DNA of 64,000 nucleotides from an uncultured delta proteobacterium (GTDB lineage Bacteria > Desulfobacterota > Desulfuromonadia > Desulfuromonadales > JACZKF01). Location of the stretch: contig CAWFKQ010000010.1 of the NCBI GenBank assembly GCA_963816395.1, positions 128,001 to 192,000 of the forward strand, written 5' to 3'. Shown piece by piece: positions 18,941-30,895 of the stretch (position 1 is its first letter; each line of letters begins with the position of its first letter). The translations under genes were made by a program, and so were the position numbers. A model generated the notes under the pieces. It was not told the DNA's origin. It did not search any database and saw only the letters and a program-made list of their open reading frames with translations.

Positions 18941-19381
18941 ATGGATCTGAGCAACCTGAAGCCGGCTATCGGCTCGACGAAAAACAGGAAGCGCATTGGC
19001 CGCGGCCAGGGCTCCGGCACCGGCAAAACAGCCGGCAAGGGGCACAAGGGACAGAAGGCCCGTAGCGGCGGCAGCATCAAGGCGGGTTTTGAAGGCGGCC
19101 AGATGCCGATGCATCGCCGTCTTCCCAAGCGTGGCTTCACCTCCCTCAACAAGAAGGTCTATGTCCTGGTCAACCTTGGCGACCTGGAGAACTTTGAGGC
19201 GGGGAGTGTAGTCGATCTGGAGGCCATGGGTAAGGCCGGTCTGGTCAAGAAACTCCAGGACGGAGTCAAAATTCTTGGCGATGGGGAAATTACCAAGGCC
19301 CTGACCGTGCAGGCCCACAAGTTCAGCAAGTCGGCCCTCGAGAAAATTGCGGCGGCCGGCGGCAAAGCCGAGGTCATCTAA
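18941..19381 (+). CDS. rplO: 50S ribosomal protein L15
   Basis: [19 protein letters not shown]. Confidence 0.99.
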   Translation: MDLSNLKPAIGSTKNRKRIGRGQGSGTGKTAGKGHKGQKARSGGSIKAGFEGGQMPMHRRLPKRGFTSLNKKVYVLVNLGDLENFEAGSVVDLEAMGKAGLVKKLQDGVKILGDGEITKALTVQAHKFSKSALEKIAAAGGKAEVI

Positions 19382-19382
19382 A

Positions 19383-20693
19383 TTGATTTCCAGCATTCAG
19401 AACATCTTCAATATTCCCGAGCTGCGCCGTCGCATCCTTTTCACCCTTGGCATGCTGGCGGTTTACCGGGTCGGGTGCCACGTACCGGTCCCTGGGGTTG
19501 ACGCCACGGTCCTGGCGACCTTCTTTCAGGGAACCCAGGGGACCCTGCTGGGGTTGGTCAGCGCCTTCACCGGCGGGGCTCTGCAGCGGATGACGGTTTT
19601 CGCCCTCGGCATAATGCCCTACATCAGTGCCTCCATTATCCTGCAGCTGCTCACAGTCGTTTTTGAGCCTGTGGAGCGACTGGCCAAGGAGGGTGAGCAG
19701 GGGCGCAAGACGATCACCAAGTGGACCCGTTACGGGACGGTTATCCTGTCCGTCATACAGGGTACCGGCATTGCCGTCGGTCTGCAGACCATGCGCGGCC
19801 CAGGCGGGCAACCCGTCGTTCCCGATCAGGGGATTGGCTTCATCCTGCTCACCGTAATTACCCTCACCGCCGGTACTGCTTTCATTATGTGGCTCGGGGA
19901 GCAGATCACTGAGCGGGGGATCGGCAACGGCATTTCCCTGATCATCTTCGCCGGCATCATTGCCGGTATTCCGGCGGCGATCGTCAACTCGATACGCCTT
20001 ATCAATACTGGTGCCATTTCGCTAATGATCATGCTAATGATCCTGGTCATCATGATCATCGTTGTCGCAGCCATCATTTTTATGGAGCGAGGGCAGCGAA
20101 GGGTGCCGATCCACTATGCCAAACGCGTTGTCGGCATGCGCAGCTATGGAGGCCAGACCAGCCATCTGCCGCTCAAGGTTAATATGAGCGGGGTTATCCC
20201 ACCGATTTTCGCCAGTTCCATCATCATGTTTCCGGCCACGGTTGCCAACCTTGTCGACATCCCCTGGGTTAAGTCGATCTCGGCTATGATGACGCCTTCG
20301 CATTGGCTTTATAACCTTTTTTATGTTGCTTTTATAATCTTCTTCTGCTACTTCTACACGGCTGTAACTTTTAACCCGGTCGATGTGGCGGACAATATCA
20401 AGAAGCAGGGCGGCTACATCCCCGGCATCCGGCCAGGCAAGGCGACAGCGGAGTATATCGACACGGTGCTGAGCCGGCTCACCTTCGCCGGTGCTCTGTA
20501 TGTGTCCGCCGTCTGCGTGCTGCCGACCATTATGATCAGCAAGCTGAATGTCCCCTTCTTCTTCGGCGGGACCTCGCTGCTTATCGTGGTCGGCGTTGGA
20601 CTTGACACTGCCGCGCAGATCGAAGCGCACCTGATCTCGCGCTCCTATGAGGGTTTTATGAAAGGCGTCACCCTTAAGGGACGTCGGAGCTAG
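19383..20693 (+). CDS. secY: Preprotein translocase subunit SecY
   Basis: ALGIMPYISASII, GIGNGISLIIF, IPGIRPG; TTG start inferred. Confidence 0.98.
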   Translation: MISSIQNIFNIPELRRRILFTLGMLAVYRVGCHVPVPGVDATVLATFFQGTQGTLLGLVSAFTGGALQRMTVFALGIMPYISASIILQLLTVVFEPVERLAKEGEQGRKTITKWTRYGTVILSVIQGTGIAVGLQTMRGPGGQPVVPDQGIGFILLTVITLTAGTAFIMWLGEQITERGIGNGISLIIFAGIIAGIPAAIVNSIRLINTGAISLMIMLMILVIMIIVVAAIIFMERGQRRVPIHYAKRVVGMRSYGGQTSHLPLKVNMSGVIPPIFASSIIMFPATVANLVDIPWVKSISAMMTPSHWLYNLFYVAFIIFFCYFYTAVTFNPVDVADNIKKQGGYIPGIRPGKATAEYIDTVLSRLTFAGALYVSAVCVLPTIMISKLNVPFFFGGTSLLIVVGVGLDTAAQIEAHLISRSYEGFMKGVTLKGRRS

Positions 20694-20702
20694 GATAAGG
20701 CG

Positions 20703-21350
20703 ATGAAGTTGATTCTTCTCGGCCCGCCCGGAGCTGGAAAGGGAACTCAGGCCAAGATGTTGACAGAGCGCTTTGGTATCCCGCAGATCTCGACGGGGGA
20801 TATTCTGCGCGCTGCCGTCAAGGAAGGGACCCCCATGGGGGTCGAAGCCAAGTCTTTCATGGAAGCCGGAGCTTTGGTGCCAGATGAGGTGGTTGTCGGG
20901 ATTGTGCGGGAGCGTCTGCAGAAGGCTGATTGTGCCAAGGGGTTCATTCTCGACGGCTTCCCCCGGACTGTCCCTCAGGCGGATTCTCTTCAAGATACCT
21001 TGCACCATCTCGGGAAGGAACTTGATGCAGTGATCTCCCTGGTAGTCGACGCCGATGCCCTGGTGGAACGGCTGACCGGCCGACGCACTTGCCGGCAGTG
21101 CGGTCGCGGCTATCATGTTAAATTCGACCCGCCGCAGGTACCCGGCCGTTGTGATGCCTGCGGTGGCGAACTGTACCAGCGCGACGACGATAAGGAAGCA
21201 ACAATCCGCAAGCGCCTGCAGGTCTACGACGATCAGACCGCACCCCTAGCCGCGTATTATCGGGAAAAAGGCCTGCTGATAACGATTGATGGGATGCAGG
21301 AGATGGGAGTCGTGCAGGAGCATATCCTGTCCTCCTTACGGGCTGAGTAA
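20703..21350 (+). CDS. adk: Adenylate kinase
   Basis: [17 protein letters not shown], CxxC...CxxC lid. Confidence 0.99.
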   Translation: MKLILLGPPGAGKGTQAKMLTERFGIPQISTGDILRAAVKEGTPMGVEAKSFMEAGALVPDEVVVGIVRERLQKADCAKGFILDGFPRTVPQADSLQDTLHHLGKELDAVISLVVDADALVERLTGRRTCRQCGRGYHVKFDPPQVPGRCDACGGELYQRDDDKEATIRKRLQVYDDQTAPLAAYYREKGLLITIDGMQEMGVVQEHILSSLRAE

Positions 21351-21352
21351 AA

Positions 21353-22100
21353 TTGATCATTCTTAAATCCCGCGACGAGGTCAAGCGAATGCGGGCGGCC
21401 GGACTGATCGTCGCGGAAATTCTTGAGTTGCTGCGGCAGCAGGTTGGCCCCGGCGTAACTACCGGCGAACTGGACCGCTTCGCCGAGGCGGAATGCCGGA
21501 AGCGGCAAGCCATTCCAGCTTTCAAAGGCTACGGTGGTTTCCCATATACCATCTGTGCCTCGCCCAACGAGAAAGTGGTGCATGGTTTCGCCGACGAGAA
21601 GCCGCTGAATGAGGGTGACATTCTGAGTATCGATTTCGGCGTGGTTTACCACGGTTTTTATGGGGACGCCGCTATCACCGTTCCGGTAGGGAAGATAGAT
21701 CAGGAGAAAGATCGCCTGCTGCGGACAACTCGCCGCTCCCTCGACCTGGCGGTGTCTGCAGCGGTGCCTGGAGGACGGCTCTCTGATATCTCGCATGCCG
21801 TACAGACCTGCGTCGAGCGTGAGGGGTTCAGCGTGGTGCGGGATTTTGTAGGTCATGGCATCGGCCGGCAGTTGCACGAGCCACCACAGATTCCGAATTT
21901 TGGTTCGCCCGGGCAGGGACCACGGTTGAAGATCGGTATGACTCTGGCTATTGAGCCGATGATCAATGCCGGTGGTTTTCAGGTAAAGATCCTGGCGGAT
22001 GGCTGGACGGCGGTCACCATTGACGGCAAACCGTCGGCGCATTTTGAGCATACTGTCGCCATTACCGACCAGGGCCCGGAAATACTCACCACGAATTTAG
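21353..22100 (+). CDS. map: Methionine aminopeptidase type I (true stop probably TAG 22098-22100, put out of frame by one extra base)
   Basis: GHGIGRQLHE, AIEPM, SAHFEHT, ending GPEILT; the ORF as given runs on into rpmJ. Confidence 0.93.
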
Positions 22101-22172
22101 TGCCCGGCCGACCGGTGGCGCGAAAACCGGGATTCTACTGTTCATCGCCTAGCCAAGGCAAAGGAAACAATC

Positions 22173-22286
22173 ATGAAAGTTCGAGCTTCCGTAAAGACGA
22201 TCTGCGACAAATGCAAGGTCATCAGACGCAAAGGGGTCGTCAGGATCATCTGTGAAAACCCCAAGCATAAGCAGAGACAGGGATAA
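22173..22286 (+). CDS. rpmJ: 50S ribosomal protein L36 (absent from the ORF track)
   Basis: [37 protein letters not shown]. Confidence 0.99.
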   Translation: MKVRASVKTICDKCKVIRRKGVVRIICENPKHKQRQG

Positions 22287-22301
22287 AGGGAGGACGAGAC
22301 A

Positions 22302-22670
22302 TTGGCACGCATCGCTGGTATCGATTTACCGAGAAATAAACGGATTGAGGTGGCTCTCACCTACATCTACGGCATCGGCCGTCCTTCGTCCCAGAAAATT
22401 CTCACCAAGGCCGGAGTGGATCTAAATACCCGCACGGATGATCTGACTGAGGTGGAGGTCGCCAAAATCCGCGAAATTATCGATCGTGAGTTTAAGGTCG
22501 AAGGTGACCTGCGGCGGGATGTGACTACCAATATCAAGCGGCTCATGGATCTGGGTTGCTATCGCGGCCTGCGTCATCGCCGGGGATTACCCGCCCGGGG
22601 GCAACGGACCAAGACCAATGCCCGTACCCGTAAGGGGCCTCGTAAGACCGTGGCCGGCAAGAAGAAATAA
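22302..22670 (+). CDS. rpsM: 30S ribosomal protein S13
   Basis: [23 protein letters not shown]. Confidence 0.99.
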   Translation: MARIAGIDLPRNKRIEVALTYIYGIGRPSSQKILTKAGVDLNTRTDDLTEVEVAKIREIIDREFKVEGDLRRDVTTNIKRLMDLGCYRGLRHRRGLPARGQRTKTNARTRKGPRKTVAGKKK

Positions 22671-22681
22671 TTGGAGGAACG

Positions 22682-23077
22682 ATGGCTAAGGCAGGCAAGA
22701 AAGTCACCAGAAAAAAAGTCGAGAAGAAGAATATCGCCAATGGAGTGGCTCATATCCAGGCGACTTTCAATAACACCATCGTCACCATCACCGATGTTGC
22801 CGGTAATGTGATTTCCTGGTCCACCTGCGGCACCAAGGGATTCAAGGGCTCACGCAAGAGCACTCCCTTCGCCGCCCAGGTGGCGGCTGAAGATGCCGCC
22901 AAGAAAGCCCAGGAGCACGGCCTGCGCAGTATCGAGGTGCACGTCAAGGGACCGGGCGCCGGTCGGGAATCCGCTCTGAGAGCCCTGCAGGCGGCCGGTT
23001 TGACAGTGACCGTGATCAAGGATGTGACCCCGATCCCCCATAACGGTTGCCGCCCCCCCAAACGCAGAAGAGTTTAA
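22682..23077 (+). CDS. rpsK: 30S ribosomal protein S11
   Basis: [23 protein letters not shown]. Confidence 0.99.
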   Translation: MAKAGKKVTRKKVEKKNIANGVAHIQATFNNTIVTITDVAGNVISWSTCGTKGFKGSRKSTPFAAQVAAEDAAKKAQEHGLRSIEVHVKGPGAGRESALRALQAAGLTVTVIKDVTPIPHNGCRPPKRRRV

Positions 23078-23097
23078 CAGACCAAGGAGGTTGAACG

Positions 23098-23727
23098 TTG
23101 GCTAGATACACTGGTCCTGTCTGCCGGCAGTGCCGACGGGAAAATATGAAGCTGTTCCTCAAGGGGGACAGGTGCCATACCGACAAATGTGCCGTCGAGC
23201 GCCGGAATTACGCGCCCGGCCAGCACGGCCAGGGGCGCGTCAAGGTTACCGATTACGGGACCCAGTTGCGGGAGAAGCAGCGGGTCAAGCGCACCTACGG
23301 CCTGCTTGAAGCACAATTCCGCGCCTATTTCGAAATGGCGGATCGGATGAAAGGGGTGACTGGTGAAACTTTCCTGGTCCTTCTCGAACGCCGGCTCGAC
23401 AGCATCGTCTATCGTCTCGGTTTCGGCACCTCCCGCAATGAGGCACGCCTTCTCGTGCGGCAGGGGCATTTCCTGGTGAACGGGCGCAAAGTCAACGTCC
23501 CCTCCTACTTGGTGCGACCCGGCGATGTCGTTGAACTGCGTGAAAAGAGCCGCAAGGTCGGCCGGATCAATGAGGCCCTTGACGGCGTCATGCGACGGGG
23601 TGTTCCCTCATGGCTCGAATTGGATCGGGCCGCCTTCAAGGGGACTGTCAAGACGCTGCCGATCCGCGAAGAGATGACCACTCCGACCTTCCAGGAGCAT
23701 CTCATCGTCGAGCTCTATTCCAAGTAG
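23098..23727 (+). CDS. rpsD: 30S ribosomal protein S4
   Basis: [27 protein letters not shown]. Confidence 0.99.
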   Translation: MARYTGPVCRQCRRENMKLFLKGDRCHTDKCAVERRNYAPGQHGQGRVKVTDYGTQLREKQRVKRTYGLLEAQFRAYFEMADRMKGVTGETFLVLLERRLDSIVYRLGFGTSRNEARLLVRQGHFLVNGRKVNVPSYLVRPGDVVELREKSRKVGRINEALDGVMRRGVPSWLELDRAAFKGTVKTLPIREEMTTPTFQEHLIVELYSK

Positions 23728-23766
23728 TGCCGACATTAGCTGAGACCTCATCACGGGAGGAAACGA

Positions 23767-24784
23767 ATGTATAAAAACTGGAGAGACCTTATCAAGCCCA
23801 AGCGCCTCCAGGTTGAAACGGAGACCCTCTCCGATACTTACGGCAAGTTTTATGCGGAGCCGTTCGAGCGTGGTTTCGGTACCACCCTCGGCAACTCCCT
23901 GCGCCGGGTGCTCCTCTCCTCCCTTCAGGGTGCCGCCATCACCTCCATCCGCATCAAGGGCGTGCTGCACGAGTTTTCCACTGTTCCCGGGGTCACCGAG
24001 GATGTGACCGATATCATCCTCAACCTGAAGGGGGTCCTCCTCAAACTGCACGGGCAGGACAGCCGTAATATACGGATACTCAAAAAGGGTGCCGGGGTGA
24101 TTACCGCTGGCGATATCATTCATGACTCGCATGTGGAAATTCTCAACCCCGAACACCACATCGCCACCTGCTCCAAGGAGGCGGATGTCGAAATGGACCT
24201 GGTGGTCGCTTTGGGGAAAGGGTACGTACCGGCAGAGCGCAACCGCGACGAGAAAGCGCCGGTTGGGACAATCCCTATTGATGCAATATTTTCGCCGACC
24301 AAAAAGGTAAATTTCGCGGTCACCAATGCCCGGGTCGGTCAGATTACCGATTATGACAAGTTGACCCTTGAAGTTGTGACCGACGGCAGCGTCAAACCCG
24401 ATGATGCGGTGGCCTTTGCCGCCAAAATCCTCAAGGAGCAACTTCAGATCTTCATAAACTTCGATGAAGAAATTGAGGAATCGGAAAAAGAAATAACCGA
24501 GGAGAGCCGGCGGATCAACGAGAACCTCTACCGTTCGCGTCGATGAATTGGAATTATCCGTACGCAGCGCTAATTGTCTGAAGAACGCGGATATCCGGTT
24601 GATCGGTGACCTCGTGCAGAGAACCGAGGCGGAAATGTTGAAAACCCAGAACTTCGGTCGCAAGTCACTCAACGAAATCAAGGATATCCTGGCCGAGATG
24701 GGACTTACCCTTGGTCTGAAGCTGGAAAATTTCCCCGACCCTGAGTACATGAAGATGATCCAGAAGGGGCGGGAGGAAGCCTGA
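23767..24784 (+). CDS. rpoA: RNA polymerase alpha subunit (+1 frameshift ~24538 before the alpha-CTD)
   Basis: [17 protein letters not shown]; the [20 protein letters not shown]...NFGRKSL is in the shifted frame. Confidence 0.97.
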
Positions 24785-24825
24785 TCCCGCGGTTGACGGA
24801 TTAAACAGGAAAGGACAACGGAACC

Positions 24826-25336
24826 ATGCGTCACAATAAATCGGGCAAGCGGCTCGGCCGAAATTCCAGCAACCGCAGAGCCATGCTGCACAATATGGTG
24901 ACTTCGCTGATCGACCATGAGAAGATCACTACCACAGATATCCGTGCCAAGGAACTGCGCAAACTCGCCGATCGGCTGATCACACTCGGCAAGCGGGGTG
25001 ATCTGCATGCACGGCGCCAGGTCCTGGCCGTAATCCGCGACCGAAAGGTGGTGGCTAAGCTGTTTGATCAGGTCGGGCCCCGCTACAAGGATCGCCCAGG
25101 CGGGTATACCCGTATCTATAAACTCGGCAGCCGCCTTGGCGACAATGCTCCCCTATCCCAGATTGAGCTGGTGGAAGAGGAATTCACTGCCAAGCCGCGC
25201 AAACAGGCATCCTGCGGCCGAGACCGAGGTGAAAACCACTCCGGCCAGAGAAAAAGGCGAAGCTGCAAAAGTCGCCGACGCTCAGAAGACGTCTGCCCAA
25301 TCGGCAGTTGGGGAAGCGGATAAGGCCGAGGACTAA
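24826..25336 (+). CDS. rplQ: 50S ribosomal protein L17 with an Ala/Glu/Lys-rich tail (probable +1 frameshift ~25212)
   Basis: [20 protein letters not shown]; the +1 frame gives the tail [25 protein letters not shown]...DKAED. Confidence 0.93.
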
Positions 25337-25358
25337 TTCACTGCATGGATTTCCAGGT

Positions 25359-25390
25359 AAAAAGGGCAAGGAGCAATCCTTGCCCTTTTT
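25359..25390 (+). terminator. Rho-independent terminator ending the ribosomal supercluster
   Basis: Perfect hairpin AAAAAGGGCAAGGA-GCAA-TCCTTGCCCTTTTT. Confidence 0.9.
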
Positions 25391-25440
25391 GCTGGAATCA
25401 GCTCTCCGATCATTTCCCCACCTCCCCTCCCGCCGTTTTC

Positions 25441-25469
25441 TTGACGCTCCGCCGCATTCATGGTAACCT
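25441..25469 (+). promoter_or_regulatory. sigma70-type promoter of the trp cluster
   Basis: TTGACG, 17 bp spacer, TAACCT with TGn extension; 32 nt before the trpE ATG. Confidence 0.6.
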
Positions 25470-25501
25470 GACCCACTTCAAATTCCGGAGCTTTCCCGCC
25501 C

Positions 25502-26983
25502 ATGTACAGTCCCACTCAGGACGAATTCTGCCGCCTGGCCGAGCAGGGAAACCTGATACCGGTCTACCGGGAAATCCTGGCCGACATGGAGACCCCCGTC
25601 TCCGCTTTCCGCAAAATCGATGATTGCCGGACTTCCTTTCTCCTCGAATCGATCGAAGGGGGAGAGAAGTGGGCTCGCTATTCATTTTTGGGAAGCGGTC
25701 CGGGAAAAGTTTTCCGTTGCCGCGGCCGCTGCTTCGAGGTTGTCGAAGACGGGCAAGTATTGCACGCCGGCGAAGCCGACGACCCGCTGTCTCAGTTGAA
25801 AGCCTTTCTGGCCCCTTATCGCCCGGTTGAACTCCCTGGTCTGCCGCGTTTCTTTGGCGGAGCGGTGGGCTATCTGGGCTATGACATGGTCCGTTTCATC
25901 GAACAGCTTCCGGACACTAACCCTAAGGAAATCGGTGCCTTTGATGCATGTTTCCTACTCACCGAGAAGTTGCTTATTTTCGATAATAGACGGCAAAAGG
26001 TGAAGATCGTCTGCAATGTCCATCTGCAGTCGGGGGAGGATCCAGCTGAGGCCTGGAGGCGAGGAACGGAGGAGATCGAAGCGCTAATTGCCCGTCTGCG
26101 CGCCCCTCTGCCGAGCCGTCAGGGAAACTCCCGGCCCGAATCGCCGCCGGAACTGGTACCCAACTTCACCCGTGCCGAATTTATGGCGGCGGTGGAGCGA
26201 TGCAAGGAATACGTGCACGCCGGTGATGTGATCCAGGTCGTCCTCTCGCAGCGCTTCTCCGGCCCCCTGGCGGCCGATCCCTTTGATGTCTATCGTGCAC
26301 TGCGCACCATCAATCCTTCCCCTTACATGTTCTTTCTCCGCTTCGACGACACCCTGGTGGTCGGTGCTTCACCCGAGGTGCTGGTTCGCAAGGAAGGGGA
26401 ACAGGTGGAAGTGCGGCCGATCGCCGGTACCAGACCGCGCGGCGCCTCGCAGGAAGCTGATCTGTTGCTGGAAAGGGAACTCCTCGCCGATCCGAAGGAA
26501 TGCGCCGAGCACATCATGCTGGTCGACCTCGGGCGCAACGATCTGGGGAGGGTATGCCGGACCGGAAGCGTTGCGGTGAGCGAGTTGATGGTGGTTGAGC
26601 GCTATTCCCACGTCATGCATATCGTTTCGAACGTCCGGGGCATGCTCGAGCCGGGGAAGGATTCCTTCGACGTCTTCCGTGCCGCTTTCCCGGCCGGCAC
26701 CCTCTCCGGGGCGCCGAAGATCCGCGCCATGGAAATCATCGAGGAACTTGAGCCGTGCCGGCGAGAGATCTATGGCGGAGCGGTCGGTTATTTTTCCTTC
26801 TCCGGGAACATGGACATGGCGATTGCCATCCGCACCATGGTGGTTCAGGGCGATCGGCTATATCTGCAGGCCGGGGCGGGAATCGTCGCTGACAGCGATG
26901 CCGGCACCGAATATCAGGAAACCTTGAACAAAGCTCAAGGGGCATTGAAGGCTCTGCAGATGGCTCGAGAGGGGCTCGACTGA
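25502..26983 (+). CDS. trpE: Anthranilate synthase component I
   Basis: [42 protein letters not shown]. Confidence 0.97.
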   Translation: MYSPTQDEFCRLAEQGNLIPVYREILADMETPVSAFRKIDDCRTSFLLESIEGGEKWARYSFLGSGPGKVFRCRGRCFEVVEDGQVLHAGEADDPLSQLKAFLAPYRPVELPGLPRFFGGAVGYLGYDMVRFIEQLPDTNPKEIGAFDACFLLTEKLLIFDNRRQKVKIVCNVHLQSGEDPAEAWRRGTEEIEALIARLRAPLPSRQGNSRPESPPELVPNFTRAEFMAAVERCKEYVHAGDVIQVVLSQRFSGPLAADPFDVYRALRTINPSPYMFFLRFDDTLVVGASPEVLVRKEGEQVEVRPIAGTRPRGASQEADLLLERELLADPKECAEHIMLVDLGRNDLGRVCRTGSVAVSELMVVERYSHVMHIVSNVRGMLEPGKDSFDVFRAAFPAGTLSGAPKIRAMEIIEELEPCRREIYGGAVGYFSFSGNMDMAIAIRTMVVQGDRLYLQAGAGIVADSDAGTEYQETLNKAQGALKALQMAREGLD

Positions 26984-26984
26984 C

Positions 26985-27551
26985 ATGTTGCTGATGATCG
27001 ACAATTATGACTCTTTCACCTACAACCTGGTGCAGTATTTCCGGGAATTGGGAACGGCGGTCGAGGTTTTCCGCAACGATGCCATCACGGTCGACGAAAT
27101 CGCCGCCAAAAGGCCTCGGCGCCTGGTGATATCTCCCGGGCCCTGCTCCCCTGCGGAGGCAGGGATTTCGGTGCGGGCAATCCAGGAATTGGCTGGGGAA
27201 ATGCCCCTGCTCGGGGTATGCCTCGGGCATCAGTCGATCGGCCAGGCTTTCGGCGGCCGGATCGTGCGTGCCGGCCGCCTGATGCATGGCAAAACCAGCC
27301 CCATCCACCACGATGGTAGCGGCCTTTTCGGCGGGCTCCCCGAACCTTTCGAGGCAACCCGCTATCATTCCCTGCTGGTCGAAAGGGAAAGCCTGCCGAG
27401 TTGCCTGCGGGTAACCGCTTGGACGGCCGAGGGGGAGATCATGGGAATGGAGCACCGGGAGTTGCCGGTCTGGGGGGTGCAGTTCCACCCCGAGTCGATC
27501 CTGACGGTCGAGGGGAAACGACTGCTGCGGAATTTTCTCGACCTGACCTGA
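26985..27551 (+). CDS. trpG: Anthranilate synthase component II (glutamine amidotransferase)
   Basis: [24 protein letters not shown]. Confidence 0.95.
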   Translation: MLLMIDNYDSFTYNLVQYFRELGTAVEVFRNDAITVDEIAAKRPRRLVISPGPCSPAEAGISVRAIQELAGEMPLLGVCLGHQSIGQAFGGRIVRAGRLMHGKTSPIHHDGSGLFGGLPEPFEATRYHSLLVERESLPSCLRVTAWTAEGEIMGMEHRELPVWGVQFHPESILTVEGKRLLRNFLDLT

Positions 27552-27562
27552 ATGCGATCAAT

Positions 27563-27616
27563 GGAGGGGCAGTTCTTGTGCCTGCCTTTCCGGGCGAACA
27601 CGAGGTTTGCCCCTAC
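27563..27616. repeat. GTAG-family REP doublet (REPIN-like), partly degenerate
   Basis: Right arm reverse-complements to GTAGGGGCAAACCTCGTGTTCGCCC; left arm GGAGGGGCAGTTCTTGTGCCTGCC is in inverted orientation. Confidence 0.65.
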
Positions 27617-27628
27617 AGGGGAATGCTC

Positions 27629-28678
27629 ATGATCAAAAAAGCTATCGCCAGGGTTGTAGAACGGCAGGATCTCTCCGAGGTGGAGATGATCGAGGTGATG
27701 GATCAGATCATGGGCGGGGAAGCGACCCCTGCCCAGGTCGCGGGTTTCATCACCGCCCTTCGCATGAAGGGAGAAACGGTCGCCGAAATTACCGGCGCCG
27801 CCCGGGTGATGCGGGCGCGGTCGACCCCGATCCAGGCCGGCCGGGTGCTGGATCTCGACCGCGACGACATAAATATCGACCGGGAGACTATTCTCGACAC
27901 CTGCGGCACCGGCGGCAGCGGCACCAAAAGCTTCAACATCTCTACTACCGTCGCCCTGGTGGTCGCCGCCTGCGGAGTGAAGGTGGCCAAACACGGGAAT
28001 CGCAGCGTGTCTTCCGCCTGCGGCAGCGCCGACGTGCTGGAGGCGCTCGGGGTTAACCTGGACGTCCCGCCGCCGGTGGTCGAGCGCTGCATCGACGAGT
28101 TGGGTGTAGGTTTTCTGTTTGCGCCGGCCCTGCACGGGGCGATGAAGCACGCCATCGGTCCACGCAAGGAGATCGGTATCCGTACCATTTTCAATATTCT
28201 CGGACCGCTGACCAATCCGGCCAAGGCCGATCGCCAGGTGCTCGGTGTCTACAGAGAGGATTTGGTGGAGATCCTCGCCCGGGTGCTGACCAACCTCGGC
28301 TGTCGCCGGGGCTATGTGGTGCATGGTCTGGATGGAATGGACGAAATCACCCTTACCGCCCCAACCCGGGTGGGTGAGATCCGCGCTGGCGAGGTCGTCC
28401 TCAAAACCGTGGCCCCGGAGGATTTCGGCATGGTGCGCTGCGATCTGGCGCATCTGCAGGGGGGAGATGCAGTTCGCAATGCCACCATTGTCCGTGGGGT
28501 GCTCGCCGGGGAGAAGGGACCGCGCCGGGACGTGGTCATCCTCAATGCGGCTTTTGCTTTGGCGGCGGCCGGCGTGACGGAGGAAATTGGCGGCGGAATC
28601 GAGCGGGCCGCCGAAGCGATCGATTCCGGACGCGGGCTTGAAAAACTCGATGGTCTGGTACGAATGACCAACGAATGA
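27629..28678 (+). CDS. trpD: Anthranilate phosphoribosyltransferase
   Basis: [27 protein letters not shown]. Confidence 0.97.
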   Translation: MIKKAIARVVERQDLSEVEMIEVMDQIMGGEATPAQVAGFITALRMKGETVAEITGAARVMRARSTPIQAGRVLDLDRDDINIDRETILDTCGTGGSGTKSFNISTTVALVVAACGVKVAKHGNRSVSSACGSADVLEALGVNLDVPPPVVERCIDELGVGFLFAPALHGAMKHAIGPRKEIGIRTIFNILGPLTNPAKADRQVLGVYREDLVEILARVLTNLGCRRGYVVHGLDGMDEITLTAPTRVGEIRAGEVVLKTVAPEDFGMVRCDLAHLQGGDAVRNATIVRGVLAGEKGPRRDVVILNAAFALAAAGVTEEIGGGIERAAEAIDSGRGLEKLDGLVRMTNE

Positions 28679-28694
28679 AGCTGAGCCTTATCTG

Positions 28695-29480
28695 ATGATT
28701 CTCGACGATATACTGCAAAATAAACGGCAGGAGGTTGCGGCGGCCAAAGTGGCCGTTCCCCTGACTCATCTACAGAGCCGCTGCCGCGAGTTGCCGGCGC
28801 CGCGCGGCTTTGCCGAGATCCTGAGAGAACGGGCGGCGACCGGCACAGCGATCATCGCCGAGGTGAAAAAGGGGTCCCCGTCACGGGGGGTGATCCGGGC
28901 CGATTTCGACCCGGTTGCTATCGCCCGCGGTTACCAGGCGGCGGGGGCGGCCTGTCTGTCTGTTCTCACCGACCATCGTTATTTCGGCGGCGAATTGAGC
29001 TTTCTGCAGGCGATCGCTGCTGCCGTCGCCCTGCCGCTGTTGCGCAAGGATTTTATCATCGATCCGTACCAACTCTATGAGGCGCGGGCGCACCGTGCCG
29101 ATGCCGTCCTGCTGATCGCCGCTGCGCTCGACCTGTCGGCTTTGCGCGAGTTGGCCGCTCTGGCTACCGAACTGGGGCTCGACGTACTGCTCGAGGTCCA
29201 CGATGCACAGGAGTTGGAGAATGCCCTGTCGGTGCCGGTGCCGCTGATCGGCATCAATAACCGCAATCTGCAAACTTTCGCCACCGATCTGGCGATTACC
29301 GAGCGGCTGGCACCGCAAATCCCCGCCGATCGCCTGGTGGTGGCCGAGAGCGGCATTGCCGGGCGGAGCGACATCGAGCGCCTGCGGGCAGCCGGTGCGG
29401 AGGCCTTCCTGATCGGCGAGACCTTGATGCGCGAGGCGGATTTCTCGGCCAAGTTGCGTGAATTGCTAACGGCAGAATGA
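28695..29480 (+). CDS. trpC: Indole-3-glycerol-phosphate synthase
   Basis: [26 protein letters not shown]. Confidence 0.97.
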   Translation: MILDDILQNKRQEVAAAKVAVPLTHLQSRCRELPAPRGFAEILRERAATGTAIIAEVKKGSPSRGVIRADFDPVAIARGYQAAGAACLSVLTDHRYFGGELSFLQAIAAAVALPLLRKDFIIDPYQLYEARAHRADAVLLIAAALDLSALRELAALATELGLDVLLEVHDAQELENALSVPVPLIGINNRNLQTFATDLAITERLAPQIPADRLVVAESGIAGRSDIERLRAAGAEAFLIGETLMREADFSAKLRELLTAE

Positions 29481-29493
29481 ATGGAGGTGCTCA

Positions 29494-30849
29494 ATGCAGA
29501 CGAAGATTTTACTGCCCGAAGACCGCATCCCGAAACAGTGGTACAACATCATCCCCGACTTGCCCGGTCCCCTTTCGCCGGTGATCCATCCAGGAACGCT
29601 GCAGCCGGTCACCCCGGACGATCTGCTGCCGCTCTTTCCGATGGGACTTATCGAGCAGGAAGTCTCCGGCGAGCGCTGGATCGATATCCCCGAGCCGGTG
29701 CGGGAGATCTACCGGATGTGGCGACCGTCGCCTCTCTTCCGCGCCCATCGGCTCGAAAAAGCCCTCGGTACCCCGGCGAAGATCTACTACAAGTATGAAG
29801 GGGTGTCGCCAGCCGGCAGTCACAAGCCGAACACCGCCATCCCCCAGGCCTACTACAACAAGGTCGCCGGCACCAGGCGCATTGCCAGCGAGACCGGCGC
29901 CGGCCAGTGGGGATCCTCCATCGCCCTGGCCTGCCAACTCTTCGGCCTGGAATGTACCATTTATATGGTCAAGGTATCCTATAGCCAGAAGCCTTATCGC
30001 AAGAGCATGATGGAGCTCTGGGGAGCGAATGTAATCCCCTCGCCGTCGAACCAGACCAACGCCGGCCGTTCGATCCTTGCTCGGCATCCGGATAGCAATG
30101 GCTCGCTGGGGATCGCGATCAGCGAGGCGGTGGAGGACGCGGCGACTCGCGAGGACACCCGCTACGCGCTGGGCAGCGTGCTCAACCACGTTTGCTTGCA
30201 CCAGACGGTGATCGGTCTGGAAGCTAAGGAGCAGATGGCGATTGCCGGCGACTATCCGGATGTGGTCATCGCCTGTCACGGCGGCGGCTCAAACTTCGCC
30301 GGCATCTCCTTCCCTTTCCTCGCCGACAAGGCGGCCGGCAAACCGGTGCGCCTCCTGGCGGTGGAGCCGACCTCCTGTCCGACGCTGACCAAGGGCGTTT
30401 ACCAATTTGATTACGGCGATACTGCCAAAATGGCGCCTGTCGCCCGTATGTTCACCCTTGGCCATGATTTCATGCCGCCGGGCATCCACGCCGGTGGGCT
30501 GCGCTACCATGGCGCCTCGCCGCTCGTCTCGCAGTTGCTCCATGCCGGGTTGATTGAGGCAAAGGCGGTCGGGCAGACCGACTGTTTCGAAGCGGCGGTG
30601 CAGTTCTCCCGTACGGAAGGGATCATCCCCGCCCCCGAGTCGTCCCACGCCATCCGCGCGGCGATCGACGAGGCGCTGCAAGCTAAGGAGGAAGGCAAGG
30701 AGAAGACCATCCTCTTCAATCTCTCCGGACACGGTCATGTCGATATGGCTGCCTACGACGCGTTCTTCTCCGGGGAATTGGAAAATTTCGAATACCCGAG
30801 CGAGGCGATCGCCGAGTCGTTGAAGCATCTGCCTAAGGTGGCAGGTTAG
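29494..30849 (+). CDS. trpB2: TrpB2-type (TrpB-like) PLP-dependent enzyme
   Basis: 451 aa; [43 protein letters not shown] are diagnostic of the TrpB2 subfamily. Confidence 0.93.
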   Translation: MQTKILLPEDRIPKQWYNIIPDLPGPLSPVIHPGTLQPVTPDDLLPLFPMGLIEQEVSGERWIDIPEPVREIYRMWRPSPLFRAHRLEKALGTPAKIYYKYEGVSPAGSHKPNTAIPQAYYNKVAGTRRIASETGAGQWGSSIALACQLFGLECTIYMVKVSYSQKPYRKSMMELWGANVIPSPSNQTNAGRSILARHPDSNGSLGIAISEAVEDAATREDTRYALGSVLNHVCLHQTVIGLEAKEQMAIAGDYPDVVIACHGGGSNFAGISFPFLADKAAGKPVRLLAVEPTSCPTLTKGVYQFDYGDTAKMAPVARMFTLGHDFMPPGIHAGGLRYHGASPLVSQLLHAGLIEAKAVGQTDCFEAAVQFSRTEGIIPAPESSHAIRAAIDEALQAKEEGKEKTILFNLSGHGHVDMAAYDAFFSGELENFEYPSEAIAESLKHLPKVAG

Positions 30850-30895
30850 AGGCAAGGCGGAGGCTTCTTCTCCGTTGCCTCTTGCCGGTTCATCT

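Noticed and set aside
22080..22255. Map with a 50-aa C-terminal extension overlapping rpmJ
   Set aside because: One extra A near 22094 hides a TAG at 22098-22100.
24530..24784. Split RpoA with a separately encoded alpha-CTD
   Set aside because: A single extra base restores the canonical full-length protein; no RBS for the second ORF.
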